Position numbers and translations under genes: made by a program
Notes under the pieces: model-generated
Told to the model about the DNA's origin: nothing
The model's input: only the letters and a program-made list of their open reading frames with translations
Databases searched by the model: none
Shown here: piece after piece, positions 26,702 to 35,138 of the stretch
Numbering within the stretch: position 1 is the first letter of the stretch
Layout: every line of letters begins with the position of its first letter
DNA from: Citrobacter phage Shae_phiSM
Direction: 5' to 3' (one strand)
Sequence record: OR565851
Length of the DNA: 36,753 nt

Positions 26702-27661
26702 TTACTCCTTGTCCATTGCGTACAGCCCATTAACCAGAGCAAACTGTGGCACCCCGTCCGCGATGAAAGTCGCATTAACTCCGCAGGCTTCGCGGATAGC
26801 GGGTGCCACAATCTCCGCCCCGCCACCGACAACCATCACCCGCCCGTAACCCGAAAAACCCGCCAGCGCGCGGATCACGCGTTGTTTCAGTGTTTCTTCC
26901 TTTTCACGAATAACCGCCATCAGGCTGGCGTAATGCGCGTCATTGTGGATGTGCTGGCGCAACCAGGCTTCATCATGGCGATGTTCGATAATGGTATTGG
27001 CGATGTGGTGACTGGTACGCATACCGTTAGTGGCCATCACCGACAGTACGGCATCGGCCATCAGGGAAACGCCTACGTGTGGATCGCAAAACACCTGGCT
27101 GATACCTGCCAGTTGTCCCTGAACCTTTGCCACATCCAGCGTGGTTCCGCCCAAATCCACAATCAGCAGGGATTCAAACGGACTCATGTCAGCCAGTGCT
27201 TTAAAGCCAGCCGGAATGGATTCAGGCATAACCCGTACATTACGGATAGTGAATGCCTCACCGTTCTGGTACTCCACCGGGCGCATAACGTTCGCTTTTT
27301 TGCGGTTGATGTTGGTCATATCCGGCTGGGCGTTTGTGTCGAAATACTCGCTCAGTGGCAGGGTGACAACAACATCCACCTCCTGTGGCGTGATGCCTGA
27401 TTTGACCAGCGCGTGATGAATGGCAATGACATTCACATCGCTGTACTGGTATTGCGTGTCGGTCGTCTGGACAAAGCGATCGCTGACCGGATCAAAACCA
27501 TAGCGCACGCCATCAAGCATATAGTTCGCGGGCTGCGTGCCACCGAACGGCGCAGACCATTCCGACTTGAAGCTGTTCGGGCTGATGGCGTTGCGGCGTT
27601 CGCCGTTCTCAGTCCATGCCAGCTTGATGTTGGTGGAGCCGTCGTCGATACAAATTTTCAT
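26702..27661 (-). CDS. parM: ParM/StbA-like actin-type segregation ATPase
   Basis: 319 aa; MKICIDDGSTNIKLAW...YSDVNVIAIHHAL...LIVDLGGTTLDV...VMVVGGGAEI matches the ParM actin-fold motifs (R1 ParM begins MLVFIDDGSTNIKLQW from memory); SD AAGGA. Confidence 0.85.
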   Translation of the reverse strand: MKICIDDGSTNIKLAWTENGERRNAISPNSFKSEWSAPFGGTQPANYMLDGVRYGFDPVSDRFVQTTDTQYQYSDVNVIAIHHALVKSGITPQEVDVVVTLPLSEYFDTNAQPDMTNINRKKANVMRPVEYQNGEAFTIRNVRVMPESIPAGFKALADMSPFESLLIVDLGGTTLDVAKVQGQLAGISQVFCDPHVGVSLMADAVLSVMATNGMRTSHHIANTIIEHRHDEAWLRQHIHNDAHYASLMAVIREKEETLKQRVIRALAGFSGYGRVMVVGGGAEIVAPAIREACGVNATFIADGVPQFALVNGLYAMDKE

Positions 27662-27692
27662 GTCGTTTTTCCTTATGTTGATTAATTAATCG

Positions 27693-27803
27693 TTTACGGG
27701 ATTCTGAAATCCCGTTTTTGCCTGTTTTATGCGCGCTTCATATATCGCGGCGCGTTTTTTGCTCATTTACGGGATTTGTGAATCCCGTTTTTGTCTGTTT
27801 TTT
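27693..27803. repeat. two ~36-bp direct repeats, each with an internal hairpin (parC-like or recombination footprint)
   Basis: 27693-27728 tttacgggattctgaaatcccgtttttgcctgtttt and 27766-27803 tttacgggatttgtgaatcccgtttttgtctgtttttt, about 86% identical; the second copy lies within the last ~20 codons of gene A, the first in the A-parM intergenic region. Confidence 0.6.
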
Positions 27804-30560
27804 GTTTCCACTGGTCAGGCCACCCCGCAGCAGGTCTGCTTTGCGGCGGGCGCGTTCAGTGGTTTCACTGATTCTCTGTGCGTGCTCTGCGTCGCGGATG
27901 GCGCGCAGCATGTCAGAAAGCACGGTAACGGGTGTTTTCATGGTGTTCTGGTCTTGCTGAAGTGTGGATGCCAGGCGTGCGGCGGCTTCAGGGTCTGATA
28001 CCCCCAGCTGTTCCAGATAGCTGGCGACCGGGTTATGGCGGATCTCCGTGCTGCTTACGCCGTGATTACGGCTCAGGCGTTGCCAGAGCTGCGTGATTCG
28101 GCTGTCCGGGCGGGTATCCGGTTTGCGTACAATTTCAAATCCCTGCGGTGCAATGATGCTGCCGTCAACGTACAGACTGCCGCCCCGTAACAGGTGCTGC
28201 ATCTGCTGTTCACCGATATGCAGGCCGAGAGATTCAGCAGACTCCCGCCATTCTTTAGCGAGTAATTCGTGGTTATCAGGCAAAGGCCGCGGCTGTTTGC
28301 GGCTCTGTGTCCAGCTCTGCATTTCATCACTGCTGTTTTTTGCCTGTTTGTCACGAAGCGAACGCATCAGCGCCCGGCGTTCGTGCCGTTTCAGTGAGCG
28401 CATCCATTCATTCACTTCAACGCCGTCAGGAAGCTGCGGCCACGGTGTTGGCCGTTCTTCCGGCTGTTCTGTCCCGTTGTTGTCCGTTTCTTGTACACTG
28501 GGACAGTTATTGCCACGAGTCCAAGGGGCGGCAGGGCCGCCCTGAAGGTCAAAACCATTTTCGTGGGCGCTGCCTTCCTGTTCCGGTTTACGTCTTACCA
28601 GCTTCCAGTTATCCGGGTGCGTGCACACACGGGAGGATTCCCCGATGAGTGGTGACCAGATCCCGTAAATCTGTACACTCTGTTCGCCGTAATCGTTCAG
28701 CTCATCGGCGAGGTCGTAGGCGGTGCGAATCAGGTAGTCTTTGCGTGGAACAAGTACGCCGCCCTGTTTCTCTATGTAGGTGGCAAAACATCCGGCATCA
28801 GCGGCAGCGAGTACCGCATCCATTGCGTCATCCTTCAGCCGTTGCGGGCCTTCCGGGTTGCGTGCCATCTGGCTGGCAAGGCGGCGGAGTTCACGCCACA
28901 CCTGACGGGAGGGGATGCCAAAGAACTGGAACTGGCGGACCCGGTGAAGGCGTGCCCAACCGATGGCGCGCTCCACGCTCTCGGCCATTGATTTTCCGGT
29001 TTCGTGGTCAACGCGTGGTTTGCCCGTTTTCGGGTCGATGCCATCCACGGCGCGGCTGTCCAGGTTTTTCCCGATGTAGGTCGCGATATAGCTGGTTGGT
29101 GTGCCTTTTGAGCCGTCGACATACTCCACTTTAAAGCGCGGAGTAATATCATTGCCCAGCTCGTGGCGGTCTTCCTGAATGGCAATATCGCGGGTGATGG
29201 CCACGATGCTGTCGATTTCTTCCGGATGAGCAAAGACCATCATATGCCAGTGCACGGTGCCGTCATGGTGAGGCTCCACCGTGCGGATGCCATACCAGCG
29301 CAGGCCGTCGCGGTTCAGTTTTTTGCGGACCGCCGCAAAAAACGTGTTAACCAGGTAATCGCTGGAGTCGCGCATGGTGGCCCCGTTCCATTTGGGGTTC
29401 GGATGACCGTTCTCCGTTGTTGCGTGGTATTTTGACGGGCAGGTGACAGTCAGAAACACCGCTCTGTCGCCACGGGCTTCGGCCAGAAGTTCCAGTCCCT
29501 TCATGGTGGCCATCATTTCTGCCTTACGGTGAACCGGGTTACTTACTCCCGCGTAATACACTGTCTCGAGATCAATCGTGAACCCGTCTTCGTTTTCCAG
29601 CATGAAACTTTTCAGGAAATCGCGTGTTTTCTCGCGCTGTGCGCGAAACTCGCTTAACGCGTCCTGGCTCAGATAGGGCGATGTTTTTCTGGAAACCAGA
29701 CAGGCGGCGCGGAGTTGTTCTTCTCTCCACTCGCAACGTAACAGCCATAGTTTGCGTTTCCACCATTCCGCACAGGTCAGGCGAAGGATTGCGCCCGGCA
29801 GCAGCTCTGTGTCCGGTTCGTTCCTCCGGTCTTTGTCTGTTGTCAGTGCGTCATAATGTGGAGGCATGGCGTGCAGGTGTAACGCCATGCGGGCCAGCAT
29901 CTGATACGCCTTCAGCGTTACATCCATGGTCAGTTCGCCATCAGTCGCGCCAAAGCCATCGCAGAGTTTTTCGAAGGTGCTGCTGAACATCGCCGCCGTC
30001 ATGGTGGCCAGCGTCTGTATCTGGTGTTTGTTGAGCTGCGGCAGGTAAAGCAAATCGTCCAGGCGTTCGCGTCCAGCAAGGGAGCGATAACCCGGTGTCA
30101 GCCAGCGGTGATCGGTGCGGTCCAGACGTTCGAATATTTTGCGCAGGGTTCCGCGTGCATAGCGTTCCGCCTGCCAGCTCTTTTTGCCTTTCCGGCGATC
30201 GGCTTCCTGTTTTTTGCGCAGGAAGGAGAGGTGGCGAATAAGCGGATCGCGCAGATAGGACGGCAGCAGGCGCAGCGAGGCCATGGCTTCATCCACCGCG
30301 CCGCGTGCCTGTTTTCTGGCGTCTCCTGCCAGTGTGATGGTTTTGTCCTGTTTTTCCTGTGCGTCCAAGCTTTTATTAATCAGGTTGCCCAGCGGCGTGG
30401 CGGAGAACGCCGCATCAGCCATTTCCTGGCGGCGCTCGTTCTCTACCCGGTAGGCACCCAGCCAGGAGGAAAGCGCGGATTCAGGAGCGGGGATCCCCGT
30501 TCCTTCACGCCCCACCGCGTGGCGCGGTTGTTGCCAGTCCCTGATGTACTCTGCCGTCAT
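27738..30560 (-). CDS. A: rolling-circle replication initiation endonuclease (gpA family)
   Basis: 940-aa ORF with HUH-like motif TVHWHMMVF; gpA-like; longer than I recall for P2 A, so start or extensions are uncertain. Confidence 0.85.
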   Translation of the reverse strand: MTAEYIRDWQQPRHAVGREGTGIPAPESALSSWLGAYRVENERRQEMADAAFSATPLGNLINKSLDAQEKQDKTITLAGDARKQARGAVDEAMASLRLLPSYLRDPLIRHLSFLRKKQEADRRKGKKSWQAERYARGTLRKIFERLDRTDHRWLTPGYRSLAGRERLDDLLYLPQLNKHQIQTLATMTAAMFSSTFEKLCDGFGATDGELTMDVTLKAYQMLARMALHLHAMPPHYDALTTDKDRRNEPDTELLPGAILRLTCAEWWKRKLWLLRCEWREEQLRAACLVSRKTSPYLSQDALSEFRAQREKTRDFLKSFMLENEDGFTIDLETVYYAGVSNPVHRKAEMMATMKGLELLAEARGDRAVFLTVTCPSKYHATTENGHPNPKWNGATMRDSSDYLVNTFFAAVRKKLNRDGLRWYGIRTVEPHHDGTVHWHMMVFAHPEEIDSIVAITRDIAIQEDRHELGNDITPRFKVEYVDGSKGTPTSYIATYIGKNLDSRAVDGIDPKTGKPRVDHETGKSMAESVERAIGWARLHRVRQFQFFGIPSRQVWRELRRLASQMARNPEGPQRLKDDAMDAVLAAADAGCFATYIEKQGGVLVPRKDYLIRTAYDLADELNDYGEQSVQIYGIWSPLIGESSRVCTHPDNWKLVRRKPEQEGSAHENGFDLQGGPAAPWTRGNNCPSVQETDNNGTEQPEERPTPWPQLPDGVEVNEWMRSLKRHERRALMRSLRDKQAKNSSDEMQSWTQSRKQPRPLPDNHELLAKEWRESAESLGLHIGEQQMQHLLRGGSLYVDGSIIAPQGFEIVRKPDTRPDSRITQLWQRLSRNHGVSSTEIRHNPVASYLEQLGVSDPEAAARLASTLQQDQNTMKTPVTVLSDMLRAIRDAEHAQRISETTERARRKADLLRGGLTSGNKKQTKTGFTNPVNEQKTRRDI

Positions 30561-30566
30561 AGTGAT

Positions 30567-30932
30567 TTACTTCGTCATGCCATTCAGGGTGTCGCGGCAG
30601 ACGGCAGCCAGCCGCTGAATTTCCAGCACGGTGTCTTCTGTGTCGGCATGGCGATGTGTGATGCGGATGCTGTCGGCAATCACATCGACGATTGCAGAGG
30701 ATGGGCGCTGGTAAATGCCAATAACGGACGGGGTGCCACCTTCAATGCGGTAAAGCCTGTAATTTCCCTCGTGGCTGTCAATCATGTAGCGGCCATCAAT
30801 AACAATCTTTCCGTCAGCGAGCTGCGGTACAGGCAGGGATTTCAGGTACATGTCATAACGGTCACGCACGCGAACGGCAAGATCACGCTCTGTGTTGAGC
30901 AGGTATTCAAGAAAGTCGTTGGCGAGAATCAT
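30567..30932 (-). CDS. hypothetical early protein
   Basis: 121-aa ORF directly upstream of A, same strand, 6-bp gap. Confidence 0.6.
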   Translation of the reverse strand: MILANDFLEYLLNTERDLAVRVRDRYDMYLKSLPVPQLADGKIVIDGRYMIDSHEGNYRLYRIEGGTPSVIGIYQRPSSAIVDVIADSIRITHRHADTEDTVLEIQRLAAVCRDTLNGMTK

Positions 30933-31004
30933 TGCGGCAATCCTCTGGTTACAGATGTGCGAAGGCCTCCCGCCGCAAGGTGCAAGAAAGGCCCGGAACA
31001 GGAA

Positions 31005-31235
31005 TTAATGGAGTTTGTTTTGCTGCTGGATGAGATCCTGAAGAGACAGGAGGTCTTCCGCCAGATAGCTGAATACAGCGGCGCAGTAGTCGGCTGAAAT
31101 AGTGCTGTTGAGTCTGTGCAATGTGTTGGATTGCATGATAAAGGCGATGTGTGCGGCGCGGGTGAGTCTGCGATCGATTTCAGTCTGGATGTGACGACGC
31201 TCCGCGATAGCGCGGTGCTGTTTGCGGTTTGCCAT
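31005..31235 (-). CDS. hypothetical early protein (76 aa)
   Basis: ORF with basic N-terminus MANRKQHRAIAERRH...; overlapped by a longer low-complexity ORF in another frame that I reject. Confidence 0.5.
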   Translation of the reverse strand: MANRKQHRAIAERRHIQTEIDRRLTRAAHIAFIMQSNTLHRLNSTISADYCAAVFSYLAEDLLSLQDLIQQQNKLH

Positions 31236-31411
31236 GGTGTGGCCTCTTTGGTTGTAAGTTTTGAAAACTCACCATCCAGAGGTTCCAAGCTCGGGGTGGT
31301 GAGACGTACAGGGTTGGAACTACCGGCAACCAAAGAACCCGGCCCGACCGAAGTCGGCCCCATACGCCTCACCATAATTCGTGTGCGAAAAAGACGTGGC
31401 GATACGGTACG

Positions 31412-31436
31412 CACAAAAAAACCGCTGGCGCGGTTG
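31412..31436 (-). terminator. possible rho-independent terminator on the minus strand inside a 320-bp structured intergenic region
   Basis: minus-strand accgc-gcca-gcggt followed by T7; stem is short (5 bp). Confidence 0.35.
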
Positions 31437-31555
31437 TGCGCTTTGGTTGTCAGCGGGGTTCCAATCCCGGCACCCGTTTTATGAGGCGCAGCGGAAATGT
31501 AACCTGACTGATTGCGGCATGGCAAGCGGTTTTTTTGTGTGTGCATAGTGGTTAC

Positions 31556-32107
31556 TCAGTCCGGTAGCAGTTCGCAAAGCACGGTGTCAGCGGCGGTATA
31601 TCGTGCGTAAAGCCGGGCGGGAACCCATCTTTTAAGGGATATCCCGGCTGTGTCCCGGATGTGCTTCCTGATTTCGCTGAATGTCATCCCCTTCTCATCA
31701 CGCAGTTCAGTTACCAACTCCACCAGGTGATCGCTGTATCTGGTTCTGTGGTGGAGTTCCCCGTATTTCCTGAACCGATACCCTCTTTTTCTCAGGTTCA
31801 GTTCCACCGTGGATGGCGAGCGCCCCAGCTCATTCGCGAGTTCCCGGATAGTTTTTGTGTGGCGATTCCTGATGAGCATGCTGAGTTCTTTTGTGCTCAG
31901 GTGGGGGCGTTTGGCGTGAATAACCCCCTGAGAGAGCAAAAGACGGATGCGACTTCGTATTGCTGACTCGGTTCTCTGAAGGTGCTTTGTCAGCTCCGGC
32001 GCTGTGTGGGAGTGGTATAACGTGGCTAAAAGTTCATCCTCCTGCTGTGTCCATGGTTTTACATGTGCCGGAGCCACACCAGGTGTACCCATTGGTTTGA
32101 GTTTCAT
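31556..32107 (-). CDS. hypothetical early protein with three ~50-aa helix-rich repeats (putative DNA-binding)
   Basis: 183-aa ORF; internal repeats beginning WTQQEDELLATLY / LSTKELSMLIRNRH / RYSDHLVELVTELR; basic. Confidence 0.6.
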   Translation of the reverse strand: MKLKPMGTPGVAPAHVKPWTQQEDELLATLYHSHTAPELTKHLQRTESAIRSRIRLLLSQGVIHAKRPHLSTKELSMLIRNRHTKTIRELANELGRSPSTVELNLRKRGYRFRKYGELHHRTRYSDHLVELVTELRDEKGMTFSEIRKHIRDTAGISLKRWVPARLYARYTAADTVLCELLPD

Positions 32108-32121
32108 TGTGATTTACTCCC

Positions 32122-32421
32122 TTACTGGTTAAGGAAAAAATCGAAAACGTTGTCGATGCGTTGCAGCAGCTCCTGCTGCATTGCTTCCGGCGTTTCTGAT
32201 TCACCTGGTGACTCCAGCGTCGCGCAGAAATCCTTGATTTCATGATGGAGCGTCAGACGAATGGCAGGAGCCATGGTTCTGGCGTGCTCCAGCTCATCCA
32301 GCAGTGCCAGCACGGCAGATGGCGAGAGCATTGCGCGAAACGCCAGTAATTTTTGATGCGTTGCCATTCGTTGCAGGTCAGTCGCCAGTTCGCGTAGTTC
32401 CTGGTGGTTGATGGTGCTCAT
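32122..32421 (-). CDS. hypothetical early protein (99 aa)
   Basis: ORF in tightly packed minus-strand operon; 4-bp overlap with the upstream gene. Confidence 0.55.
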   Translation of the reverse strand: MSTINHQELRELATDLQRMATHQKLLAFRAMLSPSAVLALLDELEHARTMAPAIRLTLHHEIKDFCATLESPGESETPEAMQQELLQRIDNVFDFFLNQ

Positions 32422-32663
32422 GCTCTGGCTTCCTTCAGTAGCTGGTTAAACATGTTGGTAAGTGGATTGCCGCACCCGAACGGCATCGGGTTTATCTGGT
32501 AAGAAAAGCGACCACCTGTTTTGCGCTCTTTTCTTATGACTGAACCGCTGCGCCAGAGTCGGCGTAACTCCGCATTAATGGCTGTGGTTGGGGTATTCAG
32601 TGCTGCGGCGATTTCTCCACCGCTACAACCCGGATTGGCGGCGATGTAGTCCAGAATGGTCAT
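32418..32663 (-). CDS. small winged-helix-like DNA-binding protein (81 aa)
   Basis: MTILDYIAANPGCSGGEIAAALNTPTTAINAELRRLWRSGSV... has an HTH-like pattern; 4-bp overlaps on both sides. Confidence 0.55.
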   Translation of the reverse strand: MTILDYIAANPGCSGGEIAAALNTPTTAINAELRRLWRSGSVIRKERKTGGRFSYQINPMPFGCGNPLTNMFNQLLKEARA

Positions 32664-32863
32664 CTGCGTGACTCCTGTACCAGTCTGATAAGATTCACCT
32701 GCACCACGTTGGTGGCGCAGAAGTAAGTGTCGTCAGTGAGATAAATGTGATGCGCGTCAGGTTGCGAACGGTGACGGTCGATCGTTTTAATCAGCCGTTC
32801 GTCAACTTCGTATTCACGCCCTCTGGAGGTGAAACGAATGACGGAAAAACGCTTAATTGCCAC
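32660..32863 (-). CDS. hypothetical early protein (67 aa)
   Basis: ORF with operon-style overlap. Confidence 0.45.
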   Translation of the reverse strand: MAIKRFSVIRFTSRGREYEVDERLIKTIDRHRSQPDAHHIYLTDDTYFCATNVVQVNLIRLVQESRR

Positions 32864-32886
32864 TGCGCCCCCTTTGTCCAGTAACC

Positions 32887-33297
32887 CTATGCGTTAAATA
32901 CGGTGCGCTGTGCGTCATCAATGAATGCGACTTGAGAGCGCTCTATCAGGCGGAGATTTGTCAGAATTTCTGATTCCCTTATGGGGTGAGGAGTGATCAG
33001 GTATTTATCCTGTAATCCGGCGATAATGGTGTATCGCTGTAGCTCCGAGCCAATTGTGTAAATAAGGCGTCCGGTGTTAGACAAATCCAGTCCGGTGACT
33101 GGTTGTGTTCTGAGAACCGCCAGTTCAGCATCCTGTTTTGCGATAATTTCGGCTGCTTCTGCCGTGACTCTTGCGACTATCAGTGTGTGGGTTGCGACGT
33201 CCATATGTGCATTTGCCACGGCTTTTTTCGCTACTTCGTTTTCTGTCTTTGAAATTTCTTTCAGTGCTCTGATGATACCTTCTTCTTTTGCGTGCAT
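32887..33297 (-). CDS. hypothetical early protein (136 aa)
   Basis: ORF with SD GGAG upstream of the ATG at 33297. Confidence 0.55.
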   Translation of the reverse strand: MHAKEEGIIRALKEISKTENEVAKKAVANAHMDVATHTLIVARVTAEAAEIIAKQDAELAVLRTQPVTGLDLSNTGRLIYTIGSELQRYTIIAGLQDKYLITPHPIRESEILTNLRLIERSQVAFIDDAQRTVFNA

Positions 33298-33390
33298 TTT
33301 TGTATCTCCGTTATTTGCGTGTGCGAATACCTCCGTTAATACGGAAGGTTTTCACGTTTTCTTATTTAATTTGATGCTTTATTTGTATCG

Positions 33391-33504
33391 TTATTCACCA
33401 GTGAAAAAGCGTTCAATCTTTTTTACTGAATGAATAATTCGCATAATCCCAATGGCGCAGGCCACCGAAATAATCAGAACAAGCCATGAGATAAATATAC
33501 TCAT
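33391..33504 (-). CDS. 37-aa single-TM peptide (MSIFISWLVLIISVACAIGIMRIIHSVKKIERFFTGE)
   Basis: Hand translation; start overlaps the stop of the upstream 80-aa gene as ATGA (translational coupling); hydrophobic core then basic tail; below the ORF-track cutoff. Confidence 0.4.
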   Translation of the reverse strand: MSIFISWLVLIISVACAIGIMRIIHSVKKIERFFTGE

Positions 33505-33743
33505 GCAATATTCCCCAGCTTATACGGTTCAATATGTTCCCCGCATTCTGCGGCACAGATCAGCTCGGAAAGTTCGTTAAGTGCATCCAGATCATCAGCG
33601 TAAAAAGCCACGTCATACAGACTCCGGATTGCCCTGGTCAATGAGTCACGGGCTGCACGTTCAGCATGAGCGCCTGATGCACTTAAGCGAAAATAAAAAC
33701 GCTCAAGTGCTTTGTTAATGAGAGTTTTATATTCTTTGCCCAT
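33501..33743 (-). CDS. hypothetical early protein (80 aa)
   Basis: ORF in the early operon. Confidence 0.5.
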   Translation of the reverse strand: MGKEYKTLINKALERFYFRLSASGAHAERAARDSLTRAIRSLYDVAFYADDLDALNELSELICAAECGEHIEPYKLGNIA

Positions 33744-33754
33744 CGCAACGCCCT

Positions 33755-34042
33755 TTAATCTGCTTTCTGAATTTCAGTTTCTGAATCCATACAAATAATT
33801 TCGATATAGGGTTCATCGCCATTAGCCAGGCGTGCCTTTTCAGCTTCACTAATGATTTCTCGTACGGTCTGGTACGGAAGTTCCACAAGCAGTCGCGTGC
33901 CGTTCAGATAAACGTAAGTGGCTTCGTCGGCTCCGTTTTTACCCGCCGGAGCCACTCCATCAATAGCGGATGCGCGTAATAACAGTTCACCGCGAAAATC
34001 AATAAAACGGATAAATACACCTTGTGCATGCTCTTTGGTCAT
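33755..34042 (-). CDS. hypothetical early protein (95 aa)
   Basis: ORF 33755..34102 trimmed to the ATG at 34042 (MTKEHAQGVF..., SD AGGTG). Confidence 0.5.
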   Translation of the reverse strand: MTKEHAQGVFIRFIDFRGELLLRASAIDGVAPAGKNGADEATYVYLNGTRLLVELPYQTVREIISEAEKARLANGDEPYIEIICMDSETEIQKAD

Positions 34043-34052
34043 AAAGCACCTG

Positions 34053-34511
34053 TTATAAATCAGCCTGTTTAATAAAACTTTGCCCGCGAAGCAGACGATC
34101 AACCGTGCGAAGTGCTTCGTATAATGTGAAATCCTGTCCGAAGTGATTGTCGCCGTTGCTCAGAGCAAAAATGCGGTTTCCGGTAAACGGATTGCGTGGG
34201 CATCTGTGAACCACGATTCCTGCTTTCTCAATCAGCCAGGTGTGCTCGCCGATTTGTTTTACAGCGTGTCCGTCTGGTGTTGCATGCGTTTCGCTCAGGC
34301 TGTAGCGAGAGCTGCTGCGTGATGCACTGGTAGCGAAACGGTTAGCATGGCGTTCCGCACCGTTGCGGAAGCGCTGCTGTGAAGAATTGCACTGTTGCTT
34401 CATGTCAAAAACTCCGTACCTATTTACTTCCCCGGCATAACGCCCATTTTCAAAGTAATTGCGACGAAGTCCCGTGTTATGGGGCTTGCCATTTCGCTGT
34501 TGCTTATTCAT
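34053..34511 (-). CDS. hypothetical early protein (152 aa), in the position of P2 gene B
   Basis: ORF 34053..34538 trimmed to ATG 34511; assignment is positional only. Confidence 0.5.
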   Translation of the reverse strand: MNKQQRNGKPHNTGLRRNYFENGRYAGEVNRYGVFDMKQQCNSSQQRFRNGAERHANRFATSASRSSSRYSLSETHATPDGHAVKQIGEHTWLIEKAGIVVHRCPRNPFTGNRIFALSNGDNHFGQDFTLYEALRTVDRLLRGQSFIKQADL

Positions 34512-34522
34512 TTTTCGTGCCT

Positions 34523-34729
34523 CTACCCGATGAGCCAAATAACAAACGCCATGAGCACCGCACCAATGGTGATCGGAAAAAGACCTCTGGCATAAGCGGC
34601 GAGGTAATGAACGTTGAGAACAATAAAGCGTTCTTTTTGTCCTGTTAGCTTGCTAAGCAGATAAATCGCTATTACACCCACTTCTAGGAATACAAGGTCC
34701 AAAATGGCGCTGGTGATATTGCTGGTCAT
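34523..34729 (-). CDS. small membrane protein (68 aa, two predicted TM helices)
   Basis: ORF directly downstream of cox; strongly hydrophobic. Confidence 0.5.
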   Translation of the reverse strand: MTSNITSAILDLVFLEVGVIAIYLLSKLTGQKERFIVLNVHYLAAYARGLFPITIGAVLMAFVIWLIG

Positions 34730-34735
34730 TTATGA

Positions 34736-35023
34736 TTAAAGCCCCAGCCACAACAACCATGCATCGCGGCGTTCTTTCGGCTGATCAAAAAACGCTTTGC
34801 GCATACCTGCGTTAAATGCTGGCAGATATACCCAGTTTTCTGATGCTCGCGTCTTCACTGAACCTGGTTTTACAAAGTCAATCGTTGGTAACTTTGCAGC
34901 GTCAATCATGGTTCTGACGGTTGATTCTTTGCGACCAATCATCTTGGCAAATAGTTGATATGGCACCGCTTCAAGTGGATATGGTGCTACCTGAATGAAC
35001 CCCTCAAGCTCTGATTCGCTCAT
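34736..35023 (-). CDS. cox: Cox-like excisionase / transcriptional regulator
   Basis: 95 aa; ...PYQLFAKMIGRKESTVRTMIDAAKLPTIDF...ENWVYLPAFNAG...RDAWLLWLGL resembles P2 Cox; divergent from C. Confidence 0.8.
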   Translation of the reverse strand: MSESELEGFIQVAPYPLEAVPYQLFAKMIGRKESTVRTMIDAAKLPTIDFVKPGSVKTRASENWVYLPAFNAGMRKAFFDQPKERRDAWLLWLGL

Positions 35024-35138
35024 TGTGGTAATCTCCTTAATTCGTCCAAATGGCCCAAAATGGCTTATATAGGCTTATTTTGGCTATTTGAATGTTTTGT
35101 ATCACATGTAACCCAATAGCATGGAGTTTAGATCACAT
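35024..35138. promoter_or_regulatory. immunity-region operator / divergent promoters between cox and C
   Basis: Four 10-bp-phased repeats tggcccaaaa / tggcttatat / aggcttattt / tggctatttg at 35051-35090, like the direct-repeat operators of P2-type C repressors. Confidence 0.55.

Noticed and set aside
27718-27998. Two plus-strand ORFs (80 and 89 aa) over the A 3' end and the repeat region
   Set aside because: They overlap the hairpin direct repeats and the gpA C-terminus in antisense; Cys/Arg-rich, low-complexity translations.
31451-31476. tRNA T-arm-like motif ggggttccaatcccgg
   Set aside because: The flanks do not form a T-stem, and no acceptor or anticodon arms could be folded by eye; likely a chance resemblance.
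30929-31546. 205-aa minus-strand ORF spanning the structured intergenic region, and 122-aa plus-strand ORF 31116..31484
   Set aside because: Low-complexity, Ser/Thr/Pro/Arg-rich, overlap the 76-aa ORF and hairpin-rich DNA; more likely non-coding.
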